From the IMG/VR virus record IMGVR_UViG_2841800567_000007: a stretch of DNA of 64,000 nucleotides. The stretch is one strand, 5' to 3'. The stretch's first letter is position 1; every line of letters begins with the position of its first letter. This document shows positions 19,216 through 29,112 of this stretch, in pieces. A program made the translations under genes and the position numbers. Source of the DNA: an uncultured virus (IMG/VR IMGVR_UViG_2841800567_000007) (lineage: Duplodnaviria > Heunggongvirae > Uroviricota > Caudoviricetes). The notes below the pieces were generated by a model. That model was not told the origin of the DNA. It saw only the letters and a list, made by a program, of their open reading frames with translations, and made no database searches.

Positions 19216-19826
19216 GTGCATTCAAACAAGAGCTGAAATCCGGGCTTGTATGGCTGCCAGAGATTGGCATGGGGCGTTTTCCTGTACCAAAAGACAGACC
19301 CTACGATGAAAGCTATTTTTCCCGTTATCAGAGCATGGCTGATACCCCAATGGGGCAGCAACTGACGGCGGCACGAATTCAGTTTGTGGCTCGCCACTAT
19401 CAGGGGCCTGTGCTGGATGTGGGGATCGGCTCAGGCCAGTTCGTCAGTTGTTATCCTGGTGCGCTGGGTTTCGATGTTAATCCTGCTGGGGTGCAATGGC
19501 TGCACGGGCGTAATGCTTACGCTGACCTGTATGCCTGTCGCTGGCGGGCGCTCACTATGTGGGATGTGCTGGAACATATCGACGATCCAGAGCGCGCAGT
19601 GCATCAGGCGAAAGAGTTCGTGTTCGTTTCTCTCCCAATATTTGAGGGGGCTGAGCACATCCTTTCTTCGCGCCATTACCGGAAGGATGAGCATATCTGG
19701 TACTGGACGCACGAAGGTTTGCTTAAGTGGTTCAAAGCACAAGGATTCACCTGTGTTGAGCACAACACCATTGAGAGCATGCTGGGACGGGATGGTATCA
19801 GCAGCTACGCATTTCACCGCCGCTGA
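19212..19826 (+). CDS. Class I SAM-dependent methyltransferase (small-molecule/glycan type)
   Basis: YDESYF, VLDVGIGSG, WDVLEHI, EHIWYW. Confidence 0.85.
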   Translation: MSAFKQELKSGLVWLPEIGMGRFPVPKDRPYDESYFSRYQSMADTPMGQQLTAARIQFVARHYQGPVLDVGIGSGQFVSCYPGALGFDVNPAGVQWLHGRNAYADLYACRWRALTMWDVLEHIDDPERAVHQAKEFVFVSLPIFEGAEHILSSRHYRKDEHIWYWTHEGLLKWFKAQGFTCVEHNTIESMLGRDGISSYAFHRR

Positions 19827-19837
19827 TGGGGGGGATA

Positions 19838-20476
19838 ATGGCTGACCTGAAGGATTTATCGCGCCAACTGGAGGCGATAAAGAAGCAGATACCATTTGCC
19901 ACCGCCCGGGCCATGACGAGCGTTGTCAGGCAGATACGCGATGCTCAGCAAACGGCCATAAAACGCCGGCTGGAAAACCCAACTCCCTTTACCGTCAATT
20001 CTGTTCGCGCAGCAGGGGCAACAAAAAACAACCTTGTTGCCCGAGTGTTTGTGATGGACACCGCTGCTGCGTATCTGGCTCCGTTTGAGTCAGGCGGCGT
20101 ACACCATCTGAATGGAAATGCGCTGCTGAACCCCAAGAATATTCGTCTGAACAAGTATGGCAACCTTCCGCGAACCAAACTTGATCAGCTAAAGGCTAAG
20201 CCGAACGTTTTCATTGGCAAAGTGAATGGTGTCAGCGGCGTCTGGCAGCGTAAAAAACCGCCAAAATCAAAAGGTAAGCGCCGCAACAAGCGCGCCTCCA
20301 ACACCTCCCGACAGCAACCTAAAAGAGGCTCAGTGAAACTCCTGATTCGTTTTGGTGATGCGCTGCCGGTACAACCTGTTCTGGGGTATATGGACAGAGC
20401 CAATACAATGGCAAAAGCGCTGTTACCTCAGGAAATTCAAAAAGCGCTGGCAGAAGCCATGCGTACCGCAAAATAA
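19838..20476 (+). CDS. Putative virion morphogenesis/tail-completion-like protein
   Basis: Basic; QIPFATARAMT...PTPFTVNS, a type often found just before terminase. Confidence 0.55.
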   Translation: MADLKDLSRQLEAIKKQIPFATARAMTSVVRQIRDAQQTAIKRRLENPTPFTVNSVRAAGATKNNLVARVFVMDTAAAYLAPFESGGVHHLNGNALLNPKNIRLNKYGNLPRTKLDQLKAKPNVFIGKVNGVSGVWQRKKPPKSKGKRRNKRASNTSRQQPKRGSVKLLIRFGDALPVQPVLGYMDRANTMAKALLPQEIQKALAEAMRTAK

Positions 20477-20489
20477 AGGTGGATAATTT

Positions 20490-20867
20490 ATGACTGATAT
20501 ACCAGTTATTCATGCTGCAGGTCTGAGTGATACGGAATTAAACCAGTGGTTGTCTGAACTTGTCAGCGTGTCGCAGCGGATTAATGCAGGTGTTTTTTCC
20601 TATAGCGTTATGATGCTGCCGGGGCTGGCAGCATCCTTGGGTGAAGTGCTTGATGATGTGAGTAAGCGAATTAATTACCTTGAGTCAGATCAAATAATTC
20701 GTGCGGTAGATCGCTCCACTGTAGTTCAGGAAGATTTGGAGCATCTGCATTGTATTCAGCAATCCATTGCTGATTTTCTATCAGCCATTTCCCCATATTC
20801 ACGTACGGTTCATAAAACGGAGAATGTTCGGGGATCTCAATCTGAGAAAGCCGCTGATCAAGAATAG
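20490..20867 (+). CDS. Hypothetical protein
   Basis: ORF with an RBS-like sequence directly after the previous gene. Confidence 0.45.
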   Translation: MTDIPVIHAAGLSDTELNQWLSELVSVSQRINAGVFSYSVMMLPGLAASLGEVLDDVSKRINYLESDQIIRAVDRSTVVQEDLEHLHCIQQSIADFLSAISPYSRTVHKTENVRGSQSEKAADQE

Positions 20868-20944
20868 TCAGAGCAAGTGATGGTGTTATTTGCTGCAGGT
20901 CCGCAATGTTCAGAGCGGCATCTTCATACAGCATATGAATGATA

Positions 20945-22145
20945 TGTATTAGTCGCGACTTGATCTGACACTGGACCTTGAAAGGTTGAGAGTTACCGGT
21001 TTTGATATGGGTGTCTAATCCTTAAACAAAACGCGAGGTAACTCTCATGATTCATACTAACAATCCCATCATCAAACACAAAGCCGGCCTGCTCAATCTC
21101 GCCGAAGAACTCGGTAACGTATCAAAAGCCTGCAAGATCATGGGCGTGTCACGCGACACGTTTTACCGTTATCAGGAACTGGCTGCTGAAGGCGGCATCG
21201 ATGCGCTGATTAACCAGAACCGCCGCGTCCCCAACCTGAAGAACCGCGCCGACGAAGCCACTGAACGCGCTGTTGTTGAATATGCCGTTGAGTTCCCGGC
21301 CCACGGGCAACACCGGACCAGTAATGAGCTGCGTAAAAAAGGCGTGTTTATCTCCGGTAGCGGCGTGCGCTCCATCTGGCAACGGCACGACCTGGAGAAC
21401 TTCCGTAAACGCCTGAAGGCACTTGAGGAAAAGGTCGCCAGAGAAGGCATCGTGCTTACCGACGCTCAAATCGCAGCGCTGGAGAAGAAGGCCCACGATG
21501 ACGAGGCCAGCGGAGAAATCGAAACTGCTCACCCGGGTTATCTCGGGTCGCAGGACACCTTCTACGTGGGCAATCTGAAAGGTGTGGGTCGTATCTACCA
21601 GCAGACGTTCGTGGATACGTACTCGAAAGTGGCACACTGCAAGCTGTATACGAGTAAAACGCCGATCACCGCCGCAGACCTGCTCAATGATCGCGTACTG
21701 CCGTTCTACGAGGCTCAGGGACTGCCGATGCTGAGGATCCTGACCGACAGTGGAACGGAGTACTGTGGTAAGGTGGAGCAGCATGATTACCAGCTGTATC
21801 TGGCCATCAACGATATCGACCATACAAAAACGAAGGCGATGTCTCCGCAGACGAACGGCATCTGCGAGCGCTTCCATAAAACTATTTTGCAGGATTTTTA
21901 TCAGGTTACGTTCCGTAAGAAGTTATACGAAGACCTGGAGAGCCTGCAAACGGATCTGGACAACTGGTTGTGGCATTACAATAATGAGCGAACTCATCAG
22001 GGAAAAATGTGCTGCGGGCGTACGCCAATGGCCACGTTACTTGATGGTAAACGAGTCTGGGCAGAAAAAAATCTGAACCAGATGTAATCTGACAGACACC
22101 TGTATAAATAACCGGTAACTGTCAGATCAGGTCTGAGCTAGTACA
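20945..22145 (+). mobile_element. IS481-family insertion sequence, full length (1201 bp)
   Basis: TGT...ACA termini, imperfect IRs (GACTTGATCTGACA / TGTCAGATCAGGTC), transposase 21047-22087. Confidence 0.92.
21047..22087 (+). CDS. IS481-family DDE transposase
   Basis: N-terminal HTH; QDT, TDSGTEY, PQTNGICERFH, YNNERTH. Confidence 0.92.
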   Translation: MIHTNNPIIKHKAGLLNLAEELGNVSKACKIMGVSRDTFYRYQELAAEGGIDALINQNRRVPNLKNRADEATERAVVEYAVEFPAHGQHRTSNELRKKGVFISGSGVRSIWQRHDLENFRKRLKALEEKVAREGIVLTDAQIAALEKKAHDDEASGEIETAHPGYLGSQDTFYVGNLKGVGRIYQQTFVDTYSKVAHCKLYTSKTPITAADLLNDRVLPFYEAQGLPMLRILTDSGTEYCGKVEQHDYQLYLAINDIDHTKTKAMSPQTNGICERFHKTILQDFYQVTFRKKLYEDLESLQTDLDNWLWHYNNERTHQGKMCCGRTPMATLLDGKRVWAEKNLNQM

Positions 22146-22743
22146 CATTAAGCGACAAGCGCTGGCGTGTCACTCTGTTTCGGGGCTGTTTTGTAGCCTG
22201 TGCCGGATTGTAGCCTGGCGGTACGTGTCCGGCGTGTTGCGCCTCTCTGAAAACGTCAATGATAGCCATCCTGACGACCTGAGCCATACGGTTATGCCCC
22301 TGTACTTTCACTGTATCAATGATTTCTGCCACTTCCAGCGCAGTAACATCTTTCAGATAAAGCATCCCTGAATGCTGGCGAAGCAGTTCAACGGGTTTTT
22401 TCTTCTGTTTTACTGAGTTCAATTTAATATCTCCTGTTTCAAGTCGTTCCTGCTGGATAACAACGTAGCGATCCAGCCAGGTTGTGACGGTGATAAATTC
22501 TCCGGACTCACGCATACGGGCGATTTTTTCGTTAACGCTGAGGATCTGCCGGGTGCGCTGCTCCGCGATAATGTCGTTGGCCTCACTGGCGACCTGTCTG
22601 GCTTCTTCAGCATCAGTGCCGAGGCTGTGAAATTTACCCGTTACAGGGTGTTTGTATTGCCAGTAAACACGCCCGGTACGCTTGTCCAGTTTTGAGTACA
22701 GATTAGGGATGGTGATTTTATGGGTTCGTGGTCTGGCAGCCAT
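22146..22743 (-). pseudogene. int: Lambda-type integrase truncated by IS481 (catalytic domain lost)
   Basis: Homologous to 1-1128 up to TRQRLSL, then runs into the IS end. Confidence 0.9.
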
Positions 22744-22969
22744 CTTCAATAATCCTTCTCAGCATGGGGTTTGCGGTCGGTGCGATTTTTGGTTCAGCTA
22801 AAATGCCGATAAATCGGGCTTCACGATCAATCATCCACTCTCTGCCTACTTTTCTGGCTGGTGGTGCCATCATGTGGCCCTTGGCATATTTTTTTAATGT
22901 GCGAAGGCTGGGGGCTAAACTTCCAAATTCTTCCGCCGCCCATTCTTCTAAGCTCACCATTCTGGCCAT
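22718..22969 (-). CDS. xis: Excisionase
   Basis: SLEEWA...TLKKYAK..PPARKVGREW. Confidence 0.85.
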   Translation of the reverse strand: MARMVSLEEWAAEEFGSLAPSLRTLKKYAKGHMMAPPARKVGREWMIDREARFIGILAEPKIAPTANPMLRRIIEDGCQTTNP

Positions 22970-23035
22970 ACTCGTACCTCATACAGCCGGTCAGTAATTT
23001 AGCGCCAACCGGGCTTTAAAACTGATTATCAAAAA

Positions 23036-24676
23036 TCACTTGCGATAGGCTTTCAGCATGACAACTGAAACGCCGGTACCGTCAAACTCGTTATCAATTA
23101 ACCCGGACCAGCTACATGACCAGCCGGGCAAAATATCTTTTTTCCGCATACTTCCGGGCAGGATGGCCACAAGACAGCCGCCGGGTTTAACCAGGCTGGC
23201 AGCAGATTCCACATGCGCTTTGGCTCGTCCTTCGCTGAACGGTGGGTTCATTACCACTTTGTCAAAGCGACTGCTGGTGGCTTCGGCCCACTGGATGAAA
23301 TCAGCCTGTTCGACGACCAAACCTTTTGCCTCCAGTACCCGACAGTGCAGCGCTGATATTTCCACGCACTGGGTCTGGTCTGCCGGCATCAGTACGGCAA
23401 GGTTCCCTGTGCCGGCACTCGGCTCCAGACATCTATCACCGGGTTGAATATCAGCTTCGGATACGGCCCACTCAGCCAGCGATTCTGGGGTAGGGTAGAA
23501 CTGGTGCGACTGATGATCCGGAATACACCCGGACGCGATAATTTCACCCAGCACCCGGGCGGGGTCATAGTCGAACTCCCAGATGTTGATATTTTTATTC
23601 GGGCCGGCTTTTATCAGCACACCACCGATGGTTTCCAGTATTTTCCCCGCCTGGCCCCGGATCGCTTTGTCTTCGTCGCGCCAGTCAAATCGGCGGTTGT
23701 ACGGATTGGTAGTCAGGGGCTGTGTCGGCTCATCCCAGCGGTTGCGGTGAATCGGGGTGTGCCGCTCTGCCTTTAATCCCGCCAGCACTTCCAGAACGGC
23801 GAAGGGGAGTGGCTTGCTCATCAGCACGAAATCTTTCAGCTTTCTCTTTGGCTTCTGGCGGAATTGTGGAGGGATTGCCAGCGGGTACAGGTGTGCCAGA
23901 ATGCAGTTGAGCCGCCAGGCCATATCCGGGTGGACTTCGAGGTGTGCTGTACCTTTCAGATAAGCCCGGACACGCAACGCGCCACCGTCCAGCACCAACC
24001 ATTCACCGTGGCGACAGCGGGCTTCCTGTAATGCGTCGTCGGTTACACGCCAGCGGGGTTCATCGCGGCCCATAAATTTAGCAATCACCTGCCGCAAGTC
24101 CTGGATATAGCCACTCATATCGTGATTTGTCATGCCGTAATCGGTGAACACCCGGGCAAGGATCATGCGTTTGCCGAAGCCTTCCGGTCGGTTGGTAACG
24201 TGGTCGCCGGAAAGCGCGCGGAAAATACCATCCACACGCTCGGAGAAGAATTTCTGCCGTGAGTTAAGCAGTTCCATGATTGTTGGTCGCACGGTCTCTT
24301 CTTCGAAGCCGGGTGTTTTCATTTCCCTGATCTGCTCGTTCCACTCGGTACGCCGGTTGTTCGGCATGTACTCGTATACGTCGGTCATATTCAGTGCTTT
24401 TTGCCAGAAGGTTGCATTCAGACTGGCGATAGCGCCTTCGAGCTTAAATAGATTACTGACACCGCCGAAATAATGCCGCCGATCATGGTCCTGATTTCCC
24501 TCCAGAAAATGGTGAACCGATACATGGTGCGAGTTAATTAACCCGGACATCATTTCTATATTGGCCCGGAGTTGCTTGTACTGGCCGATAAGAGAGTCAA
24601 CCAGGTCGGAAGATGCAGGGGCGAAAAACGCCCCGTCCGACAGCTCTCCATACAGGGTTTCTGTCACTTCACTCAT
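23036..24676 (-). CDS. DUF4942-domain adenine methyltransferase-like protein
   Basis: QFYPTP, LEPSAGTG, VMNPPF in the C-terminal half. Confidence 0.8.
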   Translation of the reverse strand: MSEVTETLYGELSDGAFFAPASSDLVDSLIGQYKQLRANIEMMSGLINSHHVSVHHFLEGNQDHDRRHYFGGVSNLFKLEGAIASLNATFWQKALNMTDVYEYMPNNRRTEWNEQIREMKTPGFEEETVRPTIMELLNSRQKFFSERVDGIFRALSGDHVTNRPEGFGKRMILARVFTDYGMTNHDMSGYIQDLRQVIAKFMGRDEPRWRVTDDALQEARCRHGEWLVLDGGALRVRAYLKGTAHLEVHPDMAWRLNCILAHLYPLAIPPQFRQKPKRKLKDFVLMSKPLPFAVLEVLAGLKAERHTPIHRNRWDEPTQPLTTNPYNRRFDWRDEDKAIRGQAGKILETIGGVLIKAGPNKNINIWEFDYDPARVLGEIIASGCIPDHQSHQFYPTPESLAEWAVSEADIQPGDRCLEPSAGTGNLAVLMPADQTQCVEISALHCRVLEAKGLVVEQADFIQWAEATSSRFDKVVMNPPFSEGRAKAHVESAASLVKPGGCLVAILPGSMRKKDILPGWSCSWSGLIDNEFDGTGVSVVMLKAYRK

Positions 24677-25110
24677 AATCCACGAACATTTTTTAGCTCT
24701 GGCAACAACACGTAATCGCAAATTTCCTCAATGTGGGATTTGCACTTAATCCATTCGCCATGTGCGTGATAATGTGCGACAACCGTTGTTTCATGTCCGC
24801 TGTCCGGGTCAAACCCGTCAGGCATTGCTGGTGCTGTGGTGTACACAGGAATCCTTGCTTCTCCGCTTAACTCATCGTGACTTCCAGTCCAGCACCTACC
24901 GCAACTTCTGGTTTTATATTTTAAATCCTCTAGCATCTGAGGGTGGATAAAAGCAAAACTCTCAGCCTGCAGCGAGGCGAGGGCGATTTCTGCTATCTGT
25001 TTTGCCTCCAGCGCTGGCAGCATAACGTTTGCATTGTCGCCGTATTTTTCCCGCCATGCTGCAATAGTTTTGCATCGCTCAACCAACGACAGCCGTTCTT
25101 CATTCGTCAT
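24673..25110 (-). CDS. Eaa-like hypothetical protein
   Basis: EIALASL motif; similar to 2165-2500. Confidence 0.55.
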   Translation of the reverse strand: MTNEERLSLVERCKTIAAWREKYGDNANVMLPALEAKQIAEIALASLQAESFAFIHPQMLEDLKYKTRSCGRCWTGSHDELSGEARIPVYTTAPAMPDGFDPDSGHETTVVAHYHAHGEWIKCKSHIEEICDYVLLPELKNVRGL

Positions 25111-25823
25111 CGCTCTTACTCCTGCTGTTGATGCGCAGCACTTCTGCTTTCTCTTCCAGCGCCTGGCGAATGTCGTTGATACTGTCCTGGGCCTCAAGGT
25201 CACCTGATGCGTTGCGAACATCAACGCAGGTCAGACACACCCAATCTATGAATTTCTCGCTGAGAACATCCGGCACAGCAAGCGGGGCGGCTCTAGTAAA
25301 TAGCTCCTGTAGTTCTGTTACTTTGCCCGTCTCTAACATCCATTCGGGAGGGCGTTCACTCGATAGCTCATCACGCCAATCCTGGAAACCCTCACAGGTT
25401 TCGCACCCTGCATAACGATACGAATAGGCCACAGGTTCCTGCTCCCGCAGCGCGGTCAGCTCTTTCTCTGCTGGTTAATGCCTCGTCGTACGCCGCTGAT
25501 TTAAGCTCCCTGATGAGGTTGCGCCCCAATTCCTCACGGTATTTGGATTCCAGCCCAGCAATCAGCGCCGCCTGGGCGTCAATGTGATCCAGCAGTTCAG
25601 GCAGGTAGTTAACAGCGCTTGCAATGAGATTCATGTTATCCGAGGAAACATTCACGCACGGCACCCCGTCTGCAGCCTTGAATGCATGAATTACATCGCC
25701 ATCCTTGCCGCTGGCGCTACTCAAACGAGCCATGCTATTGCTGGTAGCCCAGCGCCACGGCATGGGGGAAGCGAACTTAATCAACCCCTGAAGATTTGCT
25801 AATTCCATATGTGTAATTGTCAT
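25100..25823 (-). CDS. Ead/Ea22-like hypothetical protein(s), possibly one frameshifted gene
   Basis: Overlapping ORFs 25392-25823 and 25100-25432. Confidence 0.4.
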
Positions 25824-26152
25824 GCTGGCTCTCCATTTCTGCGTTTTTCTCCCAGTGCATAGCGTGCATCAATCGGGTCTTCACCATCATCAGTATCGAG
25901 ATAGTCGCCGTTAATGCTGTTAACCATCGCTACGCAGCATTCATTGCAGCAACGGTAGGTGAAAATTTCGCTAAATTTCCATGTGGTATAACGATGGATT
26001 TCTCCCGGCTTAATCGGACCATCGCAGACAAAGCACGTATATTTCTGCTGACCTTTAACAATCTTATTTGATAATTCACAATCGCCAGGTTCCCCGAAAT
26101 CCCCTTGAAAAAGGTCAAAGTCGAGGCATTCTTCAATTTCTTCGCGCGTCAT
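25820..26152 (-). CDS. Hypothetical Zn-finger-like protein
   Basis: CxxC...CxxC motifs; coupled ORF. Confidence 0.55.
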   Translation of the reverse strand: MTREEIEECLDFDLFQGDFGEPGDCELSNKIVKGQQKYTCFVCDGPIKPGEIHRYTTWKFSEIFTYRCCNECCVAMVNSINGDYLDTDDGEDPIDARYALGEKRRNGEPA

Positions 26153-26471
26153 CCTGCCTTCCTCCCTTTACTGAACAGCCACGGCTGCTCTGATAGCGGT
26201 AGTGTTTTGTCGTATGGGTGCTCACGCATGGCTACCTCCAAATCGCTCACGAAATGATTTCCGCGCTACGTCAGGATTAATTCCCGAGTCTTCTGCGGCT
26301 ATATCAATCAGAATCTGCTTAACGAAATCAATCGCCTCTCCATCGCTGTCAGCCTGAATTTCTAAGCGTCTTGCCAGTTCGCGAGGAAAAACATCACCCT
26401 TAGCTAAAATTCCTTGCAGCCATCTTGAGAAGGTCACGCTTTTAGTTTTAAAGCAAAAACTCACGGTAAGG

Positions 26472-26939
26472 TCACGCATGGTCGCCTCCCTGCTCACCTT
26501 CAACTTCTGCCAGCCTCAACTTAATAACCAGAATCAGGGCGCGATAAATATCGCCGTGCTGGTTGTCGCTGTGCGTATCGTTAACAGCTGACTCAAACTC
26601 GTCAATCGTGCCAGAGAAACATCCGCGTCTGACCATGATGCTGTTATCACGCTGCCGGAACGCTGTCAGGAAACCATTCTCTGAACCAATTGGCCCGATA
26701 GAGATCCAGTGCGCATTGCCGTACACCCATGCATCGCCGGACACCTGCGCATTGCCGTACACCTTCGCATCGCCGGACACCCATGCATTGCCGGACTGTT
26801 CTACATTACTCTCGCTCTCAACCCAGCCACCCAAATCACCAGTTTGAACATTACCAAACGAAGTCATGGCGCGAATGCGGAACAGTTTTCTACCGAAAAA
26901 CTCTTTGGAAATTTCAGCAACAAGTTCGAACTTTTTCAT
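26472..26939 (-). CDS. Hexapeptide-repeat (left-handed beta-helix) phage protein
   Basis: GNAWVS-GDAKVY-GNAQVS-GDAWVY-GNA repeats; 18-bp DNA periodicity at about 26710-26795. Confidence 0.75.
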   Translation of the reverse strand: MKKFELVAEISKEFFGRKLFRIRAMTSFGNVQTGDLGGWVESESNVEQSGNAWVSGDAKVYGNAQVSGDAWVYGNAHWISIGPIGSENGFLTAFRQRDNSIMVRRGCFSGTIDEFESAVNDTHSDNQHGDIYRALILVIKLRLAEVEGEQGGDHA

Positions 26940-27286
26940 TTGGACACCTCACCGGCGCGGAGTTGGGCGGCGAATTTATCAGCCCTTGCTGCAGCTATAT
27001 GGTGCTCATCGCCGGGCCTTGCGCTTTTATCCCAGGAATATTCAACAAATTCATTAACACCCTCAGCCGCCAGCGCGTTCACCTGCTGCTGCAGGGCGTT
27101 ACGTTCAACGTAAACTTTCATCGCTGCGTCTGCATCTTCACGAAAGTTCAGATCGATAATTCCCTGGCTTTCTCCTGACTCATTCCTTTCATAGAGGGTG
27201 TAAAAGTTCGCGGAGTCGTCATCACAGATTTCACAGTGGCCTTTAGCGTCGGTTTTGACGCCCGATACGTAGTATTTTTCCATCAT
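26936..27286 (-). CDS. Hypothetical protein (Ead-like C-terminus)
   Basis: FAAQLRAG ending; coupled ORF. Confidence 0.55.
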   Translation of the reverse strand: MMEKYYVSGVKTDAKGHCEICDDDSANFYTLYERNESGESQGIIDLNFREDADAAMKVYVERNALQQQVNALAAEGVNEFVEYSWDKSARPGDEHHIAAARADKFAAQLRAGEVSK

Positions 27287-27585
27287 ATTGTTCCGTTATG
27301 TGTTGAGGTCATGGCTATTCAGCCCTTCATAAACACCACCCCATGATTCTGATAAGTGGATGCGTGGCAGTTCGGGATAACTGGCTGCATCTCTGGCGTA
27401 GCGGCTGGTTTGCAGCTCTGCTTTACGCTGCTCAGGCGTTTTAGAAATGATGCGCGGGTGACTCCTTCCTTCTTTTGCTGCAAGCCATGCCTCACCAACT
27501 TCGGCGACAATGGCGGCGGATGGGCATGACGATGCCGCGCCGGTATGAGGTTTTGATGTAGGCATGGTGGTTTCCTGCGAGAGGG

Positions 27586-28224
27586 TTATGCTGGTTGCTC
27601 TAATTCAGCTTTTCTGTCGAGATACACTGACTGAGCCTTACCATGCTGCTCTGTGCCAGCGAGGCTTTTATCAGCTGATTTCCACGCCCTCTCAAGTTCG
27701 ACAATAGAGGACTTCAGTGCGTACTCAGTGAAAGCCGTGAGAATCTGCTGTGGCGTTCTGGCGGGAGGGGGGTGATTATTTGCCGCCTGTCTATTCTGCT
27801 GGTATGACTGCTGCCTTGCTGAATTCTGCTGATTTTTATGCTCGTCAGTATCAGCATCCCTGGAATCATCAATGCCAAACAATCCGTTAAGGCAGTATTT
27901 ACGCGCATATGAGCTGGTAGCGCCCGTTACCTGAGCTGCATCCATTCCTTTTTTTGACTCTTCCTCGCGCGCCATTGCTGATGCGGTGATTGTGGTCTCA
28001 TCGTCTGTAATGGTGGCTGTGGCCGGCACGTAATACCGGTCGCCTATTGGTACAATCTCGTCAGAAATTGAGAGAAACAGGCCATTTAGCAGTGGCTTCA
28101 CGTCTTCCAGGATATCCTCACAACTCCTGTACTTGTATTTACCAAATGAGTTGTACTGATTTTTTGGTGCGTTCAGTGTTCGTTGGATTTCTGCAAGCCT
28201 CGCATAGAATTCCTTGCTCATCAA
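27586..28224 (-). CDS. erf: ERF-family single-strand annealing recombinase
   Basis: APKNQYNSFGKYKYRSCEDI, QVTGATSSYARKYCLNGLF, DAD. Confidence 0.92.
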   Translation of the reverse strand: MMSKEFYARLAEIQRTLNAPKNQYNSFGKYKYRSCEDILEDVKPLLNGLFLSISDEIVPIGDRYYVPATATITDDETTITASAMAREEESKKGMDAAQVTGATSSYARKYCLNGLFGIDDSRDADTDEHKNQQNSARQQSYQQNRQAANNHPPPARTPQQILTAFTEYALKSSIVELERAWKSADKSLAGTEQHGKAQSVYLDRKAELEQPA

Positions 28225-28533
28225 TCACCTCAGAATGGAGCGGGGCCAAGAAAATGGCGAGAGTTTATTTTTTCAAGATAGGCTGCTTTTAATGCCAGTC
28301 TTTTATCTTCATGGCGACCTGCTCGGCGATAAGCCAAAGCTGTGCATATGTATGCCTTTCGCCATATGTGACTTACTTCTATAGTTGCTGCCAGTGAGTT
28401 AAATTTCATTATTTTAACCTCGCGCTAATCCATGCTTCAGCCATTTCCTTATATCCGGCATTTGTATTTGGGAATGCGCAGATATTACCCTTGATGGCAA
28501 TAATCAGGTGGAATCCATCGATGGTGAATATCA

Positions 28534-28665
28534 TTACGGCCTCCCTTTCTGCTTCAGTGTGTCTAATAATTTGCGACAGCCGGAACGCAGGCGCTTAGTA
28601 ATAATGTCGAGTAATGATTCAGAGCGGCCAGCAACAGGCCACCCTGCAACGGCATACTGTTGCAT
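28534..28665 (-). CDS. cIII: CIII FtsH inhibitor (not in the ORF track)
   Basis: Own translation MQQYAVAGWPVAGRSESLLDIITKRLRSGCRKLLDTLKQKGRP matches the lambda CIII pattern. Confidence 0.88.
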   Translation of the reverse strand: MQQYAVAGWPVAGRSESLLDIITKRLRSGCRKLLDTLKQKGRP

Positions 28666-28676
28666 GGCTATTCCTT

Positions 28677-29112
28677 TTATTTTTCAGATGAAAACTCGCC
28701 ATGATATATGGCGGCTGCGTTCTTATATGCTTGATGTGCTTCTATTGCGGTTCGGTGATAACCAAGAGATACCCTCTTGCGGCTCACCATTATTTGGGCA
28801 AGAAATTTCCCTTCTCGGGTTGAGAAATAAACCCCTTTAAAGCCAGAAGAATTATTTCTACCTAACCCTGTGTTATGTTGATTTTGGCTTTTATTCGCCA
28901 GCCTTAAATTACAAAGCCGGTTGTCTGATCGGATTCGATTTATGTGGTCAATATCTTCGGTAGGCCACTCTCCATACACATAAAACCAAGCCAAACGGTG
29001 TGCTCTATAAGGTTTCTTTTGGATGGTGATCACTACGTATCCAGTTTTGTGATGAGTCCCCGCCACTGAGTTCCTTATTTTGGTTCCGCTTTTCTTATTC
29101 CAAGTGAATCTT
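28677..29112 (-). pseudogene. HNH/AP2 homing endonuclease, 5' truncated
   Basis: HRLAW..DHINRIRSDNRLCNLR, SSGFKGV, SLGYH..EAHQAY; the frame extends upstream to RFTW with no proper start. Confidence 0.75.

Larger units (their letters stand above)
1..20944. mobile_element. Defective lambdoid prophage 1 (SfV/e14-like early region), truncated before the packaging genes
   Basis: Gene order int-xis-early left-cI/cro-O/P-Q-lysis; ends at IS481; no terminase or capsid genes; left att lies outside the window. Confidence 0.9.

Noticed and set aside
20671..20934. 87-aa minus-strand ORF next to IS481
   Set aside because: Overlaps a plausible plus-strand gene by about 200 bp; could be an IS-truncated remnant but unsupported
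21149..21877. 242-aa minus-strand ORF in IS481
   Set aside because: Antisense shadow of the transposase
26710..26795. 18-bp tandem repeats
   Set aside because: Explained by hexapeptide protein repeats
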